Shown piece after piece: positions 47,642 through 56,905 of a stretch of DNA of 64,000 nt; the first letter of the stretch is position 1; each line of letters begins with the position of its first letter. The position numbers and the translations under genes were made by a program. Under the pieces are notes generated by a model. The model was not told where the DNA came from. It ran no database searches and saw only the letters and a program-made list of their open reading frames with translations. This DNA comes from Candidatus Desulfobulbus rimicarensis (GTDB lineage Bacteria > Desulfobacterota > Desulfobulbia > Desulfobulbales > Desulfobulbaceae), in the NCBI GenBank assembly GCA_008633435.1, contig RKSL01000011.1:905-64904 (forward strand), written 5' to 3'.

Positions 47642-48727
47642 ATGGCAGGAAATACGTTTGGTGCAGTATTTAAGGTGACAACATGGGGTGAATCTCATGG
47701 CACAGCCCTGGGCGCAGTTATTGACGGATGCCCTCCAGGGCTTGAACTCACTGCGGAGATGATTCAGCAGGAGCTTGAAAAACGTCGTCCCGGCAAGGGA
47801 GGGGCAACGTCACCCCGAAGTGAGCCGGATCAGGTACAGATCATGTCTGGTACCTTTAAACCTGAAGGTTGTCGTTGCGAGAAGACAACCGGCACCCCTA
47901 TTTCTCTTGTGATTTTTAACAAGGACGCACATTCCAAGTCATACAGTCATCTCCAGGATGTCTTTCGGCCGGGGCATGGTGATCTTACCTATCAGGCCAA
48001 GTATGGCATCCGCGATCATCGGGGCGGTGGCCGTGCTTCGGCAAGAGAGACTGCGGCCCGGGTGGCTGCCGGTGCTGTGGCCAAACAGCTTTTGAGTCAA
48101 TACAATATGTCGGTACAGGCGTATACTGTCGCCCTGGGAGGGATCAACACTGTAAAACGAGAGCTTTCCCAGGTGGCGGATAATCGGTTGTTCTGCCCTG
48201 ACAATGAAGCTGCAGAGCGTATGGAGGCGCGGGTAAAAGAAGTCCGTCGGCAGGGGGATACAGTGGGCGGGATTGTTGAGATTCGTGCCAGCTGTCTGCC
48301 CGGACTGGGTGAGCCTGTCTTTGATAAACTTGATGGTGAACTGGCCAGAGCGTTGATGTCCATTGGGGCAGTAAAAGGTGTGGAGATTGGTGCCGGCTTC
48401 GGTGCAGCTGCGATGCTGGGGTCAGAGAACAACGATCCCATATCACCCTCCGGCTTTCTTGGCAATAATTCAGGAGGGATTCTTGCCGGTATCAGCAATG
48501 GTGAAGATCTCGTTGTCCGGGTCGCGGTCAAGCCGATACCTTCTATTCATAAAGAGCAGCAGAGTGTCAATCTGCAAAACGAACCTGTTGAAATAAAGGT
48601 GGGCGGACGACATGATATTTCCGCCATTCCCCGGATAATTCCGGTGTGTGAGGCCATGGTGCGCCTAACCCTTGCCGATCATCTTCTCCGCCAGCTGGCG
48701 TTGCAGGAAAACCGCCAGCCAAAATGA
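47642..48727 (+). CDS. aroC: chorismate synthase
   Basis: 'TWGESHG', 'RPGHGDLTYQAKYG', 'GGGRASARET' and 'GGRHD'. Confidence 0.9.
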   Translation: MAGNTFGAVFKVTTWGESHGTALGAVIDGCPPGLELTAEMIQQELEKRRPGKGGATSPRSEPDQVQIMSGTFKPEGCRCEKTTGTPISLVIFNKDAHSKSYSHLQDVFRPGHGDLTYQAKYGIRDHRGGGRASARETAARVAAGAVAKQLLSQYNMSVQAYTVALGGINTVKRELSQVADNRLFCPDNEAAERMEARVKEVRRQGDTVGGIVEIRASCLPGLGEPVFDKLDGELARALMSIGAVKGVEIGAGFGAAAMLGSENNDPISPSGFLGNNSGGILAGISNGEDLVVRVAVKPIPSIHKEQQSVNLQNEPVEIKVGGRHDISAIPRIIPVCEAMVRLTLADHLLRQLALQENRQPK

Positions 48728-50358
48728 GTGGCCAAAAAGTACAATCTGCCCGTCGGAGCAGCGGTTTAGCTGTGCGGGACGTCCTGATGGTCAGTCGTGA
48801 GTATGACATGCTGGCAGGCGCGGGCGGGGTAAAGGATGTCTGTCGACAACTGGCAGAAGCCCTGGTTCGGCACGCTGATTGCCGGGTACGGGTGGTCTTG
48901 CCCAGGTATGGTTTTATTGATCCGACTGGCCTGGGATTTTCAAAAGTTGTTTTTGGCGCAAACCGGAGTTCTTTTGCCGTGGATATGCATTATCCGGACA
49001 GGGAAAGGCGGGAGCAGGTTTCAGTCTGGCATAACCGCCTGCAAGGGGTGGATGTTTATCTGATTGAGGCTTCCAGGTTTGCAGAAAAAAAGGGGGTGTA
49101 CACCTATACGGCTGACGATGAAACCCAAGAACCATGGCAGCGTTGCGGGATGGGGCATTACGATTATTTTGCCATGAATATTCTCCTGCAAAAGGCAACG
49201 CTTGATCTGCTCATTTTGCTTAATGACCAGCCAGATATTATCCACTGCCATGATGGTCATGCGGCGACTTTGCCGGCGTTGATGCGGGAGTTGCCGGGCT
49301 ATCGGCATTTTTTTGTCGATACCGGAGCATTGGTCACCATTCATAATGCAGGGAGGGGCTATCATCAGGAAATTGCTGATCTTACGTTTTGTCAAGCCGT
49401 TACCGGGCTGCCATCTTCGGTCATTGGTGACAGTCTGCTGGGCAACTGCTTTGATCCTTTCGTGTCTGCGGCTGGTCGGGCAGTGATGAATACGGTCAGC
49501 GAAAACTATGCAAGAGAGCTGCAGCAGACCAGTGAAGATGCCCGCACCGGTTGGCTGGGGCATGAACTGCTCAAGCGTGGAGTGAAAATATTTGGCATAA
49601 CCAATGGTATCAACCCTGAAGATTATAACCCTGAGGAGCCTGACATCTTAGGGCTTGCTGCAGGCTTTTCCCCGGCAAAGGGCGATTTAGCCGGAAAAGC
49701 TGTCTGTAAGAATGATTTGCTGGCTCTTTGCAGTAGGGATGGCCATTGGCCAGGTGTTACCCGGCATGGGTATCTGGCCAAAACCCCTGAACTTCCTCTG
49801 CTCAGTTTTATTGGCAGATTGACTCCGCAAAAAGGTGTTGATCTGTTACTACAGGCCATACCGCTATTGCTGGCAGAAAAGAAAGAAGAGACGTTTCAGC
49901 TTGTGCTTCTTGGCTCGGGAGAACCGGAACTGGAACAGCAGCTCGAAATTCTGGCTACCAGAGCATCTTTTGCCGGCCGGATTTGTTTTTTAAACGGATA
50001 TGACCCAGGGCTTGCCAACAGGGTATATGCTGGAGGGGATTTCTTTCTCATCCCCTCTCTGTATGAACCTTGCGGTCTTACCGACTACATGGCGCAGCTC
50101 ATGGGTAATCTTCCTGTTGTTCACCATGTGGGCGGGCTGGTCAAAGTCGTGGACGGAGAGACAGGGTTTGCCTATACGCAGCATGGGGCAAAGCCCCTGG
50201 CACAGACCATGCAACGGGCAGTTTCTCTTTACTTCAACCATCCGGAAAGACTCCTGGCCATGCAAAAAGAGGCTGTTCTCCGAATTCATAAAACCTCGAG
50301 CTGGAAGCAGGTGATACGAAAATATTGTAAGTTATACACCACTGCCTGCAGAGTGTAG
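48724..50358 (+). CDS. glgA: glycogen/starch synthase (GT5)
   Basis: N-terminal 'AGAGGVKDV' (a variant of KxGGLxDV) and C-terminal 'IPSLYEPCGLTDYMA'. It has an ATGA overlap with aroC. Confidence 0.8.
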   Translation: MSGQKVQSARRSSGLAVRDVLMVSREYDMLAGAGGVKDVCRQLAEALVRHADCRVRVVLPRYGFIDPTGLGFSKVVFGANRSSFAVDMHYPDRERREQVSVWHNRLQGVDVYLIEASRFAEKKGVYTYTADDETQEPWQRCGMGHYDYFAMNILLQKATLDLLILLNDQPDIIHCHDGHAATLPALMRELPGYRHFFVDTGALVTIHNAGRGYHQEIADLTFCQAVTGLPSSVIGDSLLGNCFDPFVSAAGRAVMNTVSENYARELQQTSEDARTGWLGHELLKRGVKIFGITNGINPEDYNPEEPDILGLAAGFSPAKGDLAGKAVCKNDLLALCSRDGHWPGVTRHGYLAKTPELPLLSFIGRLTPQKGVDLLLQAIPLLLAEKKEETFQLVLLGSGEPELEQQLEILATRASFAGRICFLNGYDPGLANRVYAGGDFFLIPSLYEPCGLTDYMAQLMGNLPVVHHVGGLVKVVDGETGFAYTQHGAKPLAQTMQRAVSLYFNHPERLLAMQKEAVLRIHKTSSWKQVIRKYCKLYTTACRV

Positions 50359-50513
50359 CGTTCATGTCTCAATTGTTTAAGAGCTTGATCAGCATGGAGT
50401 GACTATTATCATTTCCGGATCGGTCAGATTCTTTAGCAGTGGAATAATCTCGGCATCAAGGATGAAAATGGTAGGCTGTTGCGTTCTGCCTTGAAGCGGG
50501 CAAAAAAGCACAT

Positions 50514-51434
50514 TTGGAGAAACTCAAAGCAATGTTGCCAGCATGTTCTTTAAAAAATACATCCCATGGGGATGAAAACAGACATGACTGGTTTGAGCAG
50601 CGGCGGGATTTTTTCATACGCCAGTTGTTTGATGATTTTTTTGCTATTCTTCGCTCCTTTCAAACCCTTTATCTTCTCTATCTTGGCAGCAGGGAATCCG
50701 AAAGTGCCATGGAATTTGACCTGCTTGCCGAAAAAAATGCAGGACTGCGCTCCCAGATTTGGGACAGGCTCACCATGATGGTAGGGACTGAATTGAACAA
50801 GGGGCCATTATGGCAGCTTAAGGATTTATGTCATCGTTTATGGCCCGAGGAAGAACAAAGGGCGCAATTTGAAGGCTCGTTGATTGACTGGTTTATCGGA
50901 TCGATTTTCCATGAGGCAATGAAGCTCAAGGAGAATATCTATATTCTTGGCAGCTATGGCCCGACAGCACTGAAAAGGCGAGATTCAGGGAGCCTGGGTG
51001 GGGGGGCGCAAAATCTGGCGCATGTGCTTGACGTATCAACTCTTGTTCGGCGGGTTGTACTTGATGTACACTCGCAGCTGAATCAGCTGGCATTTCTCTT
51101 TGGCCGGACAAGTTATCTTCTGCGTACCATGTTGCCGGGGTTATCCGCCAATGTTCTGCTTGTACGGTTGCTTGCAGAACGGGAACAGATGGTTTTTGAC
51201 CTGTGGAGCGAAGAGAGAGAAGCGCTGTTCAGCGATATGTTTTCAGGCCGCCCTGAGCAGGGGTTTTGTGTTGCCGGAAAGGGCTATTTGTCCGGCCAGT
51301 GGCTTCCGCAGGCCAGGATGATGTATGAGCATGCCCTTCGCATTGACGAGCATTGCCAGGAGGCGCGCCGGCAGCTAATCAGTATTGCAGATAAGACGCG
51401 GCATATGGATGGGATGGGAGAAATGGATGCATAA
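50514..51434 (+). CDS. hypothetical protein
   Basis: 306-aa ORF with a TTG track start; the ATG at 50532 is a plausible alternative. I recognise no motif, and it appears helical. Confidence 0.45.
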   Translation: MEKLKAMLPACSLKNTSHGDENRHDWFEQRRDFFIRQLFDDFFAILRSFQTLYLLYLGSRESESAMEFDLLAEKNAGLRSQIWDRLTMMVGTELNKGPLWQLKDLCHRLWPEEEQRAQFEGSLIDWFIGSIFHEAMKLKENIYILGSYGPTALKRRDSGSLGGGAQNLAHVLDVSTLVRRVVLDVHSQLNQLAFLFGRTSYLLRTMLPGLSANVLLVRLLAEREQMVFDLWSEEREALFSDMFSGRPEQGFCVAGKGYLSGQWLPQARMMYEHALRIDEHCQEARRQLISIADKTRHMDGMGEMDA

Positions 51435-51542
51435 CATCTCGTGGTGTTAACCCAAATATTTTACACGCGGTCTGCTGCAGATAAGCGCAGACTTCGACGA
51501 CCTTTGTAGAATATCCGGGTTTACTTTTTAAGGAGAATTGAC

Positions 51543-52547
51543 ATGAGCATCAGGATAGGAATAAATGGCTTTGGACGGATTGGCAGAAATATTTTTCGGG
51601 CAATGGCCTGTGATTCCACCTTTCAGGATATTGTTGTGGTGGGTATCAATGACCTCACCGACGTGAAGACCATGGCTCATCTTCTCAAATATGATTCTGT
51701 GATGGGGGTGTACAATGCTGAGGTCGGTGCAGATGAAGAGGGATTGCTGGTCAATGGCCGGAGTATTCCCGTCTCATCGCATCGCTCTCCGGCAGATATT
51801 CCCTGGCAGGCGCTGGGTGCGGATTATGTCTTGGAATGCACAGGTTTTTTTCGTGATCTGGAAAAAGCTGCCCAGCACATTGATGCCGGGGCAGGCAAGG
51901 TGATAATTTCAGCTCCGGCCAAGGGGCAGGTGAAAACTATTGTCATGGGGGTCAATGAGGATGAATATGACCCGACAGTGCATCATGTGGTGTCCAATGC
52001 CTCGTGTACAACCAATTGTCTGGCTCCGGTTGCCCAGGTGATTCTGGATAATTTTGGTATTAAGCGCGGGTTGATGACAACAGTGCATGCGTATACCGGC
52101 GACCAGCGTTTGCTGGACTTCCCCCATAACGATCTGCGTCGGGCCAGGGCTGCTGCCATGTCGATGATCCCTACCAATACTGGGGCAGCCGCAGCCGTTG
52201 CCCTGGTTATACCTGAGCTGAAGCACAAGTTTGATGGCCTTGCCGTACGGGTGCCAACCCCTGATGTCTCTCTGGTGGATGTCGTTATGGAGGTTGAGCA
52301 GGAAGTGAGCGTGCCGGAGGTGAACCAGGCCCTGCGTGAGGCAGATGGCAGATTTCTGCGTTATTGTGAAGAGCCGCTTGTCTCTATAGACTTTCAGGGC
52401 GATCCTCATTCCTCGATAGTTGACGGACTTTGCACCAGGGTGCTTGGCACCAGCGTGAAAATTATGAGTTGGTATGATAATGAATGGGGGTACTCCAACA
52501 GGATGCTCGATCTGGTTCTCCATATGGATGCAAATAAACCGTTGTAA
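51543..52547 (+). CDS. gap: type I glyceraldehyde-3-phosphate dehydrogenase
   Basis: 'INGFGRIGR' and the active site 'SNASCTTNCLAP', plus 'WYDNEWGYS'. Confidence 0.92.
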   Translation: MSIRIGINGFGRIGRNIFRAMACDSTFQDIVVVGINDLTDVKTMAHLLKYDSVMGVYNAEVGADEEGLLVNGRSIPVSSHRSPADIPWQALGADYVLECTGFFRDLEKAAQHIDAGAGKVIISAPAKGQVKTIVMGVNEDEYDPTVHHVVSNASCTTNCLAPVAQVILDNFGIKRGLMTTVHAYTGDQRLLDFPHNDLRRARAAAMSMIPTNTGAAAAVALVIPELKHKFDGLAVRVPTPDVSLVDVVMEVEQEVSVPEVNQALREADGRFLRYCEEPLVSIDFQGDPHSSIVDGLCTRVLGTSVKIMSWYDNEWGYSNRMLDLVLHMDANKPL

Positions 52548-52651
52548 TCTCAAGGGCAAAGAGGTATGACAAAACAGGAGCAAAGAGCGGGCAGCGTACT
52601 GGTTGGCGCCTTGTCTGTAGAGCATAGAGATTTCTTACCAAGGAGACCAAG

Positions 52652-53386
52652 ATGAAAAAAATATCATTGGCTGTTGCGGCAGTTGTGGCCTTGTCGACAA
52701 GTTCCGTACTGGCTGCCGGGCATCACTGGGGATATTCCGGGGAGGGTGCACCGGAGCACTGGGCAGAGTTAAATCCGGCCTTTGAAACCTGTGCAAAAGG
52801 GGTGAATCAATCACCTGTTAATCTGAGGGGTTTTGTTGAGGCGGAACTTGCTCCATTGGATTTTAACTATACAGGCCTTGCCACTGAGATAGAGAATAAC
52901 GGACATACCATCCAGGTACATTATGCCGCAGGTTCCACCCTCAAGGCTGCCGGGAAAACTTTTATTCTCAAGCAGTTTCACTTTCATTCACCCAGTGAAA
53001 ACCAGATTAATGGCGAGCATTTTCCCATGGAAGCACATTTTGTCCATGCCGATTATCAGGGAAATCTTGCCGTTGTTGCGGTGATGTTTAAAGTAGGGGA
53101 CGAAAATAAAGCACTCAAAAAACTGTGGCGGCAGATGCCCGGAGAAGAAGGGAAAATCGGGCTTGCATCCCAGGTCAAGGCAGAGGAGTTGATGCCTGAG
53201 GATAGAGAGTATTACCGATTCAACGGCTCTCTGACCACGCCACCCTGCAGCGAGGGGGTTGTCTGGATGGTTCTGAAACAGCCGGTGTCGCTCTCAGAAG
53301 CACAGTTAAAACAGTTTACCACAGTGATGGGGCAGCCAAATAATCGCCCTGTTCAGGCGGTGAATGCGCGTCCGATTCTTCAGTGA
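52652..53386 (+). CDS. secreted alpha-class carbonic anhydrase
   Basis: Signal peptide 'MKKISLAVAAVVALSTSSVLAA', then 'HWGYSGEGAPEHW', 'QSPVNL', Zn ligands in 'FHFHSPSE...HFVH', and 'LTTPPCSEGV'. Confidence 0.88.
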   Translation: MKKISLAVAAVVALSTSSVLAAGHHWGYSGEGAPEHWAELNPAFETCAKGVNQSPVNLRGFVEAELAPLDFNYTGLATEIENNGHTIQVHYAAGSTLKAAGKTFILKQFHFHSPSENQINGEHFPMEAHFVHADYQGNLAVVAVMFKVGDENKALKKLWRQMPGEEGKIGLASQVKAEELMPEDREYYRFNGSLTTPPCSEGVVWMVLKQPVSLSEAQLKQFTTVMGQPNNRPVQAVNARPILQ

Positions 53387-53416
53387 GGGATGTTTGTAAA
53401 CAAGTGATATCGTCTC

Positions 53417-53466
53417 ATTTGCCGACATGGATGCGTCCGCATTCTGTGTCGGCAAATTTTTCTTTT
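53417..53466 (+). terminator. rho-independent terminator after the carbonic anhydrase gene
   Basis: ATTTGCCGACA ...19-nt loop... TGTCGGCAAAT, followed by a T-rich run. Confidence 0.6.
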
Positions 53467-53497
53467 TTCTTTTTTCTTTTTCTTCTGTTCTTTTCCT
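53457..53497. repeat. 41-nt polypyrimidine/polypurine tract of (T5-6 C) units
   Basis: The sequence 'ttttTCTTTTTTCTTTTTTCTTTTTCTTCTgTTCTTTTCCT' contains only one purine. Confidence 0.7.
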
Positions 53498-53709
53498 GTG
53501 AGTGATACTCTTGCCTGATCAAGGCCAAGCCTCAGGCGCAGAGGGGGATGAGGGAAAATGATGATTGACAAATACGCTAAAATACGATTAATTATTAGTT
53601 TCTATTTAGGATGAAACAGACAGTTTTGACTCAAATTGCGGCCATTTTGTCGCCTCGTAGTTATTAATCCAAAAATATACTAACAATTTTTACTTCAGGA
53701 GAGATTCCA

Positions 53710-54606
53710 ATGGCAATGACGGTAAAAGCTATCGCTGAGAGCATCAACATTATGGGAACCCGCAGTGGATCTGCCATGAAAGAGCGTAATCCCGGCCCGG
53801 TACAGGAAATGGCCAAAGAGGAAACTGCCGCCGGAGCCACCTATCTTGATCTCAATATCGGGCCTGCCCGTAAAGACGGTACAGAATTGATGCCATGGGT
53901 TGTAGAAACCGTACAGGACAGCGTTGATATTCCTCTTTGTCTGGACAGTACCAATACCGATGCCATGGCTGCCGGATTTAAAGTGGTCAAGAATAAAACC
54001 GAAGCCATTATGAACTCCATTTCAGCCCAGCCCGAGCGGATGGAAGCGTTGATCCCGGTGGCCGCAGAAGCAGGATGTGACGTTATTGCCCTGCTCTGGG
54101 GGCCGGATGGTATGCCCCGTGACTCTGCAGAACGTGCGGCCATGTCTGTTGATCTGATGATGGCACTCAACGAGGCTGGAATTCCCAATGAAAAAATTCT
54201 TTTTGATCCCATTGGAACTCCGATTACCCTTGGTGCTGACCAGATAGCTGCAGGGCTTGAGTTTATGATGATGCTTCCTGATATTGCGCCGGGAGCAGGT
54301 TCAACAGTGGGGCTCTCCAATGTCTCCAACGGCGTTGCTGAGAATTTACGGAAATATCTTGATCGCACCTACCTGATAATGTTGATGAAGTATGGTATCA
54401 GCACAGCTATTGTCAACTCCTATGATGCTGAGCTTATGGCTATCTGTAAAGGTGAGCGTCAGGATCTTGTGGATATGGTTCACGGTATGATGGATGGCAC
54501 AGACCCTGATCCGGCATCTCTTGAAGGGACTGCTCTTGAGCATTATAAAACCTATAAAGCATTATCTGGCCAGACTATTTTTTCTGAATCCTGGCTGGAG
54601 CTGTAG
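53710..54606 (+). CDS. pterin-binding methyltetrahydrofolate:corrinoid methyltransferase (AcsE/MeTr-like)
   Basis: 'ESINIMG', 'ERNPGPVQEMAKEE...GATYLDLNIGPA', 'LCLDSTN' and 'VGLSNVSNG' parallel the Moorella MeTr/AcsE sequence. It also has a ~35-aa C-terminal extension. Confidence 0.75.
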   Translation: MAMTVKAIAESINIMGTRSGSAMKERNPGPVQEMAKEETAAGATYLDLNIGPARKDGTELMPWVVETVQDSVDIPLCLDSTNTDAMAAGFKVVKNKTEAIMNSISAQPERMEALIPVAAEAGCDVIALLWGPDGMPRDSAERAAMSVDLMMALNEAGIPNEKILFDPIGTPITLGADQIAAGLEFMMMLPDIAPGAGSTVGLSNVSNGVAENLRKYLDRTYLIMLMKYGISTAIVNSYDAELMAICKGERQDLVDMVHGMMDGTDPDPASLEGTALEHYKTYKALSGQTIFSESWLEL

Positions 54607-54706
54607 TCGCTTTTGCTACTTGTTTTTGGCAAACTCGTTCATGCATTGGTTATTCTCTGAGAGGGGAGGGCGGCTCTTGACAGATGTCGCCCTGAACCAC
54701 TGATTT

Positions 54707-55282
54707 ATGGAGCGAAAAATACCAGGCCATCATCTGGTTTATGGCACCCTTCACGATTATCTCACTGGCGAAGAGCTGCCAGATACAGATGATGAACGGT
54801 TCCGCCAGAATCTTGAACGAATGCTGGTTGAAGAAAAGGGGTTTTCCAGAGACGAGTTGGAGCCCAGGCTGGTTATCGAGACAACCTTTAATAAAATTTT
54901 TGTTCGTTCTGTTATCGATTTAACCGTTTCTGTTGGTACAAAACGATTGTTTGTCCTTCGTTACGGCCCCGGCTCGCTGGTGACCAGAGAAAAACCGGCA
55001 TTGGCTGCTGCCCGGGTACTTGAGCGGGATTACTGTATTCCCCTTTGTGTCGTGACCAATGGTCGGGATGCGGAACTCCTTGAAACCTCCAGTGGCCAGG
55101 TGCTGGCAACCGGCATGGAAAGCATACCGGATCGCAAGCTTGCCGGGCAGCTGATTGAGGAGTACAGTTGCAAGCCGCTTGAAGACGAGGCTGTACGGGA
55201 ACGTACTTTGCGTGTACTGAATGCCTTTGATCTGGAAGTGTGCTGCATGAACGATTCCTGTAGCCTGCCAGAGAAAAAATAA
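54707..55282 (+). CDS. HsdR-N-terminal-like (PD-(D/E)xK fold) domain protein
   Basis: 191-aa ORF with a pattern like stand-alone 'type I restriction enzyme HsdR N-terminal domain' proteins ('...SVIDLTVSV...LFVLRY...'). No methylase or specificity genes are nearby. Confidence 0.5.
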   Translation: MERKIPGHHLVYGTLHDYLTGEELPDTDDERFRQNLERMLVEEKGFSRDELEPRLVIETTFNKIFVRSVIDLTVSVGTKRLFVLRYGPGSLVTREKPALAAARVLERDYCIPLCVVTNGRDAELLETSSGQVLATGMESIPDRKLAGQLIEEYSCKPLEDEAVRERTLRVLNAFDLEVCCMNDSCSLPEKK

Positions 55283-55356
55283 CGTGCCTCCAATGTAGAA
55301 CCTTCTGTCGGTAACTGCCGGCATTTATTAATTATAACTGATGTGAAACACGAATC

Positions 55357-56706
55357 ATGAGTAACTCGACAACGAATTGGAAAAAGACTTCCTGGCGCGA
55401 TCATCCGGTCTTGCAACAGCCTAAATGGCCGGATGAAACTCAGCTTAGTGCAGTACTGGAGTCCATTGGTCAGCTCCCCCCGCTGGTTTTTGCCGGTGAA
55501 ATTCGCGACCTTAAGGCAAGTCTTGCCCAGGCTGTGCATGGAGAAGCGTTTTTGCTTCAGGGTGGCGATTGTTCGGAAGAGTTCAGCCGTTGTACTGCCC
55601 CAAATATCAGAGATACCTTGAAGGTCTTGTTGCAGATGGCGGTTATCCTCACCTATGCCGGCGGAAAACCCGTTGTCAAGGTAGGACGGATTGCCGGTCA
55701 GTATGCCAAGCCCCGCTCCAGTGACACGGAAATGGTTAATGGCGTTGAGCTACCCAGCTATCGCGGTGATATGGCTAATTCGGTTGAGCCTGAGCTAGAG
55801 GCTCGTATTCCCAATCCCGATCGCTTGCTGCAGGGCTATAATATGTCTGCAGCTACTCTGAACCTGCTGCGCGCCTTTACTAAAGGTGGTTTTGGTGCCC
55901 TGCATCGTGTCCAGGCCTGGAATCAGGAGTTTGTTAAACAATCCCCCATGGGGCGCTCATATGAACGCCTGGCCAGGCAGATCAGTCAGGCGTTAGACTT
56001 CATGCAGACCATTGGTATAGATGTTGAGTCTCCCCAGCTTAAGCAGGCGCAGTTCTTTACCTCCCATGAGGCGTTGTTTCTGGGGTACGAAGAAGCACTC
56101 ACCCGCGAGGACTCCCTGGATGGCGGCTGGTATGACTGTTCCGGTCACATGCTGTGGATTGGTGATCGTACCCGCCAGATTGATGGTGCCCATATAGAAT
56201 TTTTGCGGGGAGTACTCAATCCTTTAGGGATGAAAGTCGGCCCCAAGCATGAGATTGACGATATCCTGGCCATAATAGAGCGGTTGAATCCAGAAAATGA
56301 GGCTGGCAGAATGACCTTGATCGCCCGTTTTGGAGCCCGTGATATTGAAAAATATTTGCCACCGCTCATTCGAGCAGTTAAGCGCGAAGGCTTGAATGTC
56401 GTCTGGAGCTGTGACCCCATGCATGCCAATATCCGCAAAGCTGAGAGTGGTCACAAGACCCGCAGTTTTGATGATATCTTGTCTGAACTGCATTGCTTCT
56501 TTGAGCTGCACTGGGCTGAAGGAACCGTGCCGGGTGGTGTCCATTTCGAGTTAACCGGAGATAATGTTACTGAATGTACCGGCGGTGCTCGTCAACTGGC
56601 AGATGATCAGCTTGGTCTTAACTACCTGACCACATGTGACCCGCGTCTTAATGCAGAACAGTCTCTGGAGATGGCTTTTCGAATTGCCGAGATGATCAGG
56701 AGCTGA
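55357..56706 (+). CDS. class II (plant/actinobacterial-type) 3-deoxy-7-phosphoheptulonate synthase
   Basis: 449-aa ORF with 'QGGDCSEEF', 'GRIAGQYAKPRSS', 'WSCDPMHAN' and 'GGVHFELTG'. Confidence 0.9.
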   Translation: MSNSTTNWKKTSWRDHPVLQQPKWPDETQLSAVLESIGQLPPLVFAGEIRDLKASLAQAVHGEAFLLQGGDCSEEFSRCTAPNIRDTLKVLLQMAVILTYAGGKPVVKVGRIAGQYAKPRSSDTEMVNGVELPSYRGDMANSVEPELEARIPNPDRLLQGYNMSAATLNLLRAFTKGGFGALHRVQAWNQEFVKQSPMGRSYERLARQISQALDFMQTIGIDVESPQLKQAQFFTSHEALFLGYEEALTREDSLDGGWYDCSGHMLWIGDRTRQIDGAHIEFLRGVLNPLGMKVGPKHEIDDILAIIERLNPENEAGRMTLIARFGARDIEKYLPPLIRAVKREGLNVVWSCDPMHANIRKAESGHKTRSFDDILSELHCFFELHWAEGTVPGGVHFELTGDNVTECTGGARQLADDQLGLNYLTTCDPRLNAEQSLEMAFRIAEMIRS

Positions 56707-56730
56707 TCTCCGCTATTCCCCAGTTGGCAG

Positions 56731-56768
56731 GCGGTTGAAGGATTGTATGACCCTCAACCGCTTTTTTT
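56731..56768 (+). terminator. rho-independent terminator after the DAHP synthase gene
   Basis: GCGGTTGAAGG-attgtatga-CCCTCAACCGC (one mismatch), followed by T7. Confidence 0.7.
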
Positions 56769-56905
56769 ATGCCCTGCTGTACCGTCTCGGTCGGTGTTTC
56801 CGGAAAAGGAAAGTTGCATGATTACTATCTCTCTATTACTATGCCCGTTTTAGAAGCGAACCCCATAAGCAAACTTCCGGTGATTACTCATACCTCTCAG
56901 CCGAT

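Noticed and set aside
51909-52625. 238-aa minus-strand ORF antisense to gap
   Set aside because: It is a shadow ORF of a highly conserved gene and has no supporting signals.
53457-53497. Whether the T/C-rich reiterated tract is a CRISPR array or a coding Lys repeat (minus-strand ORF 53380-53571)
   Set aside because: The units are 6-7 nt with no spacers, so it is not a CRISPR array. The 63-aa ORF is a low-complexity artefact of the tract.
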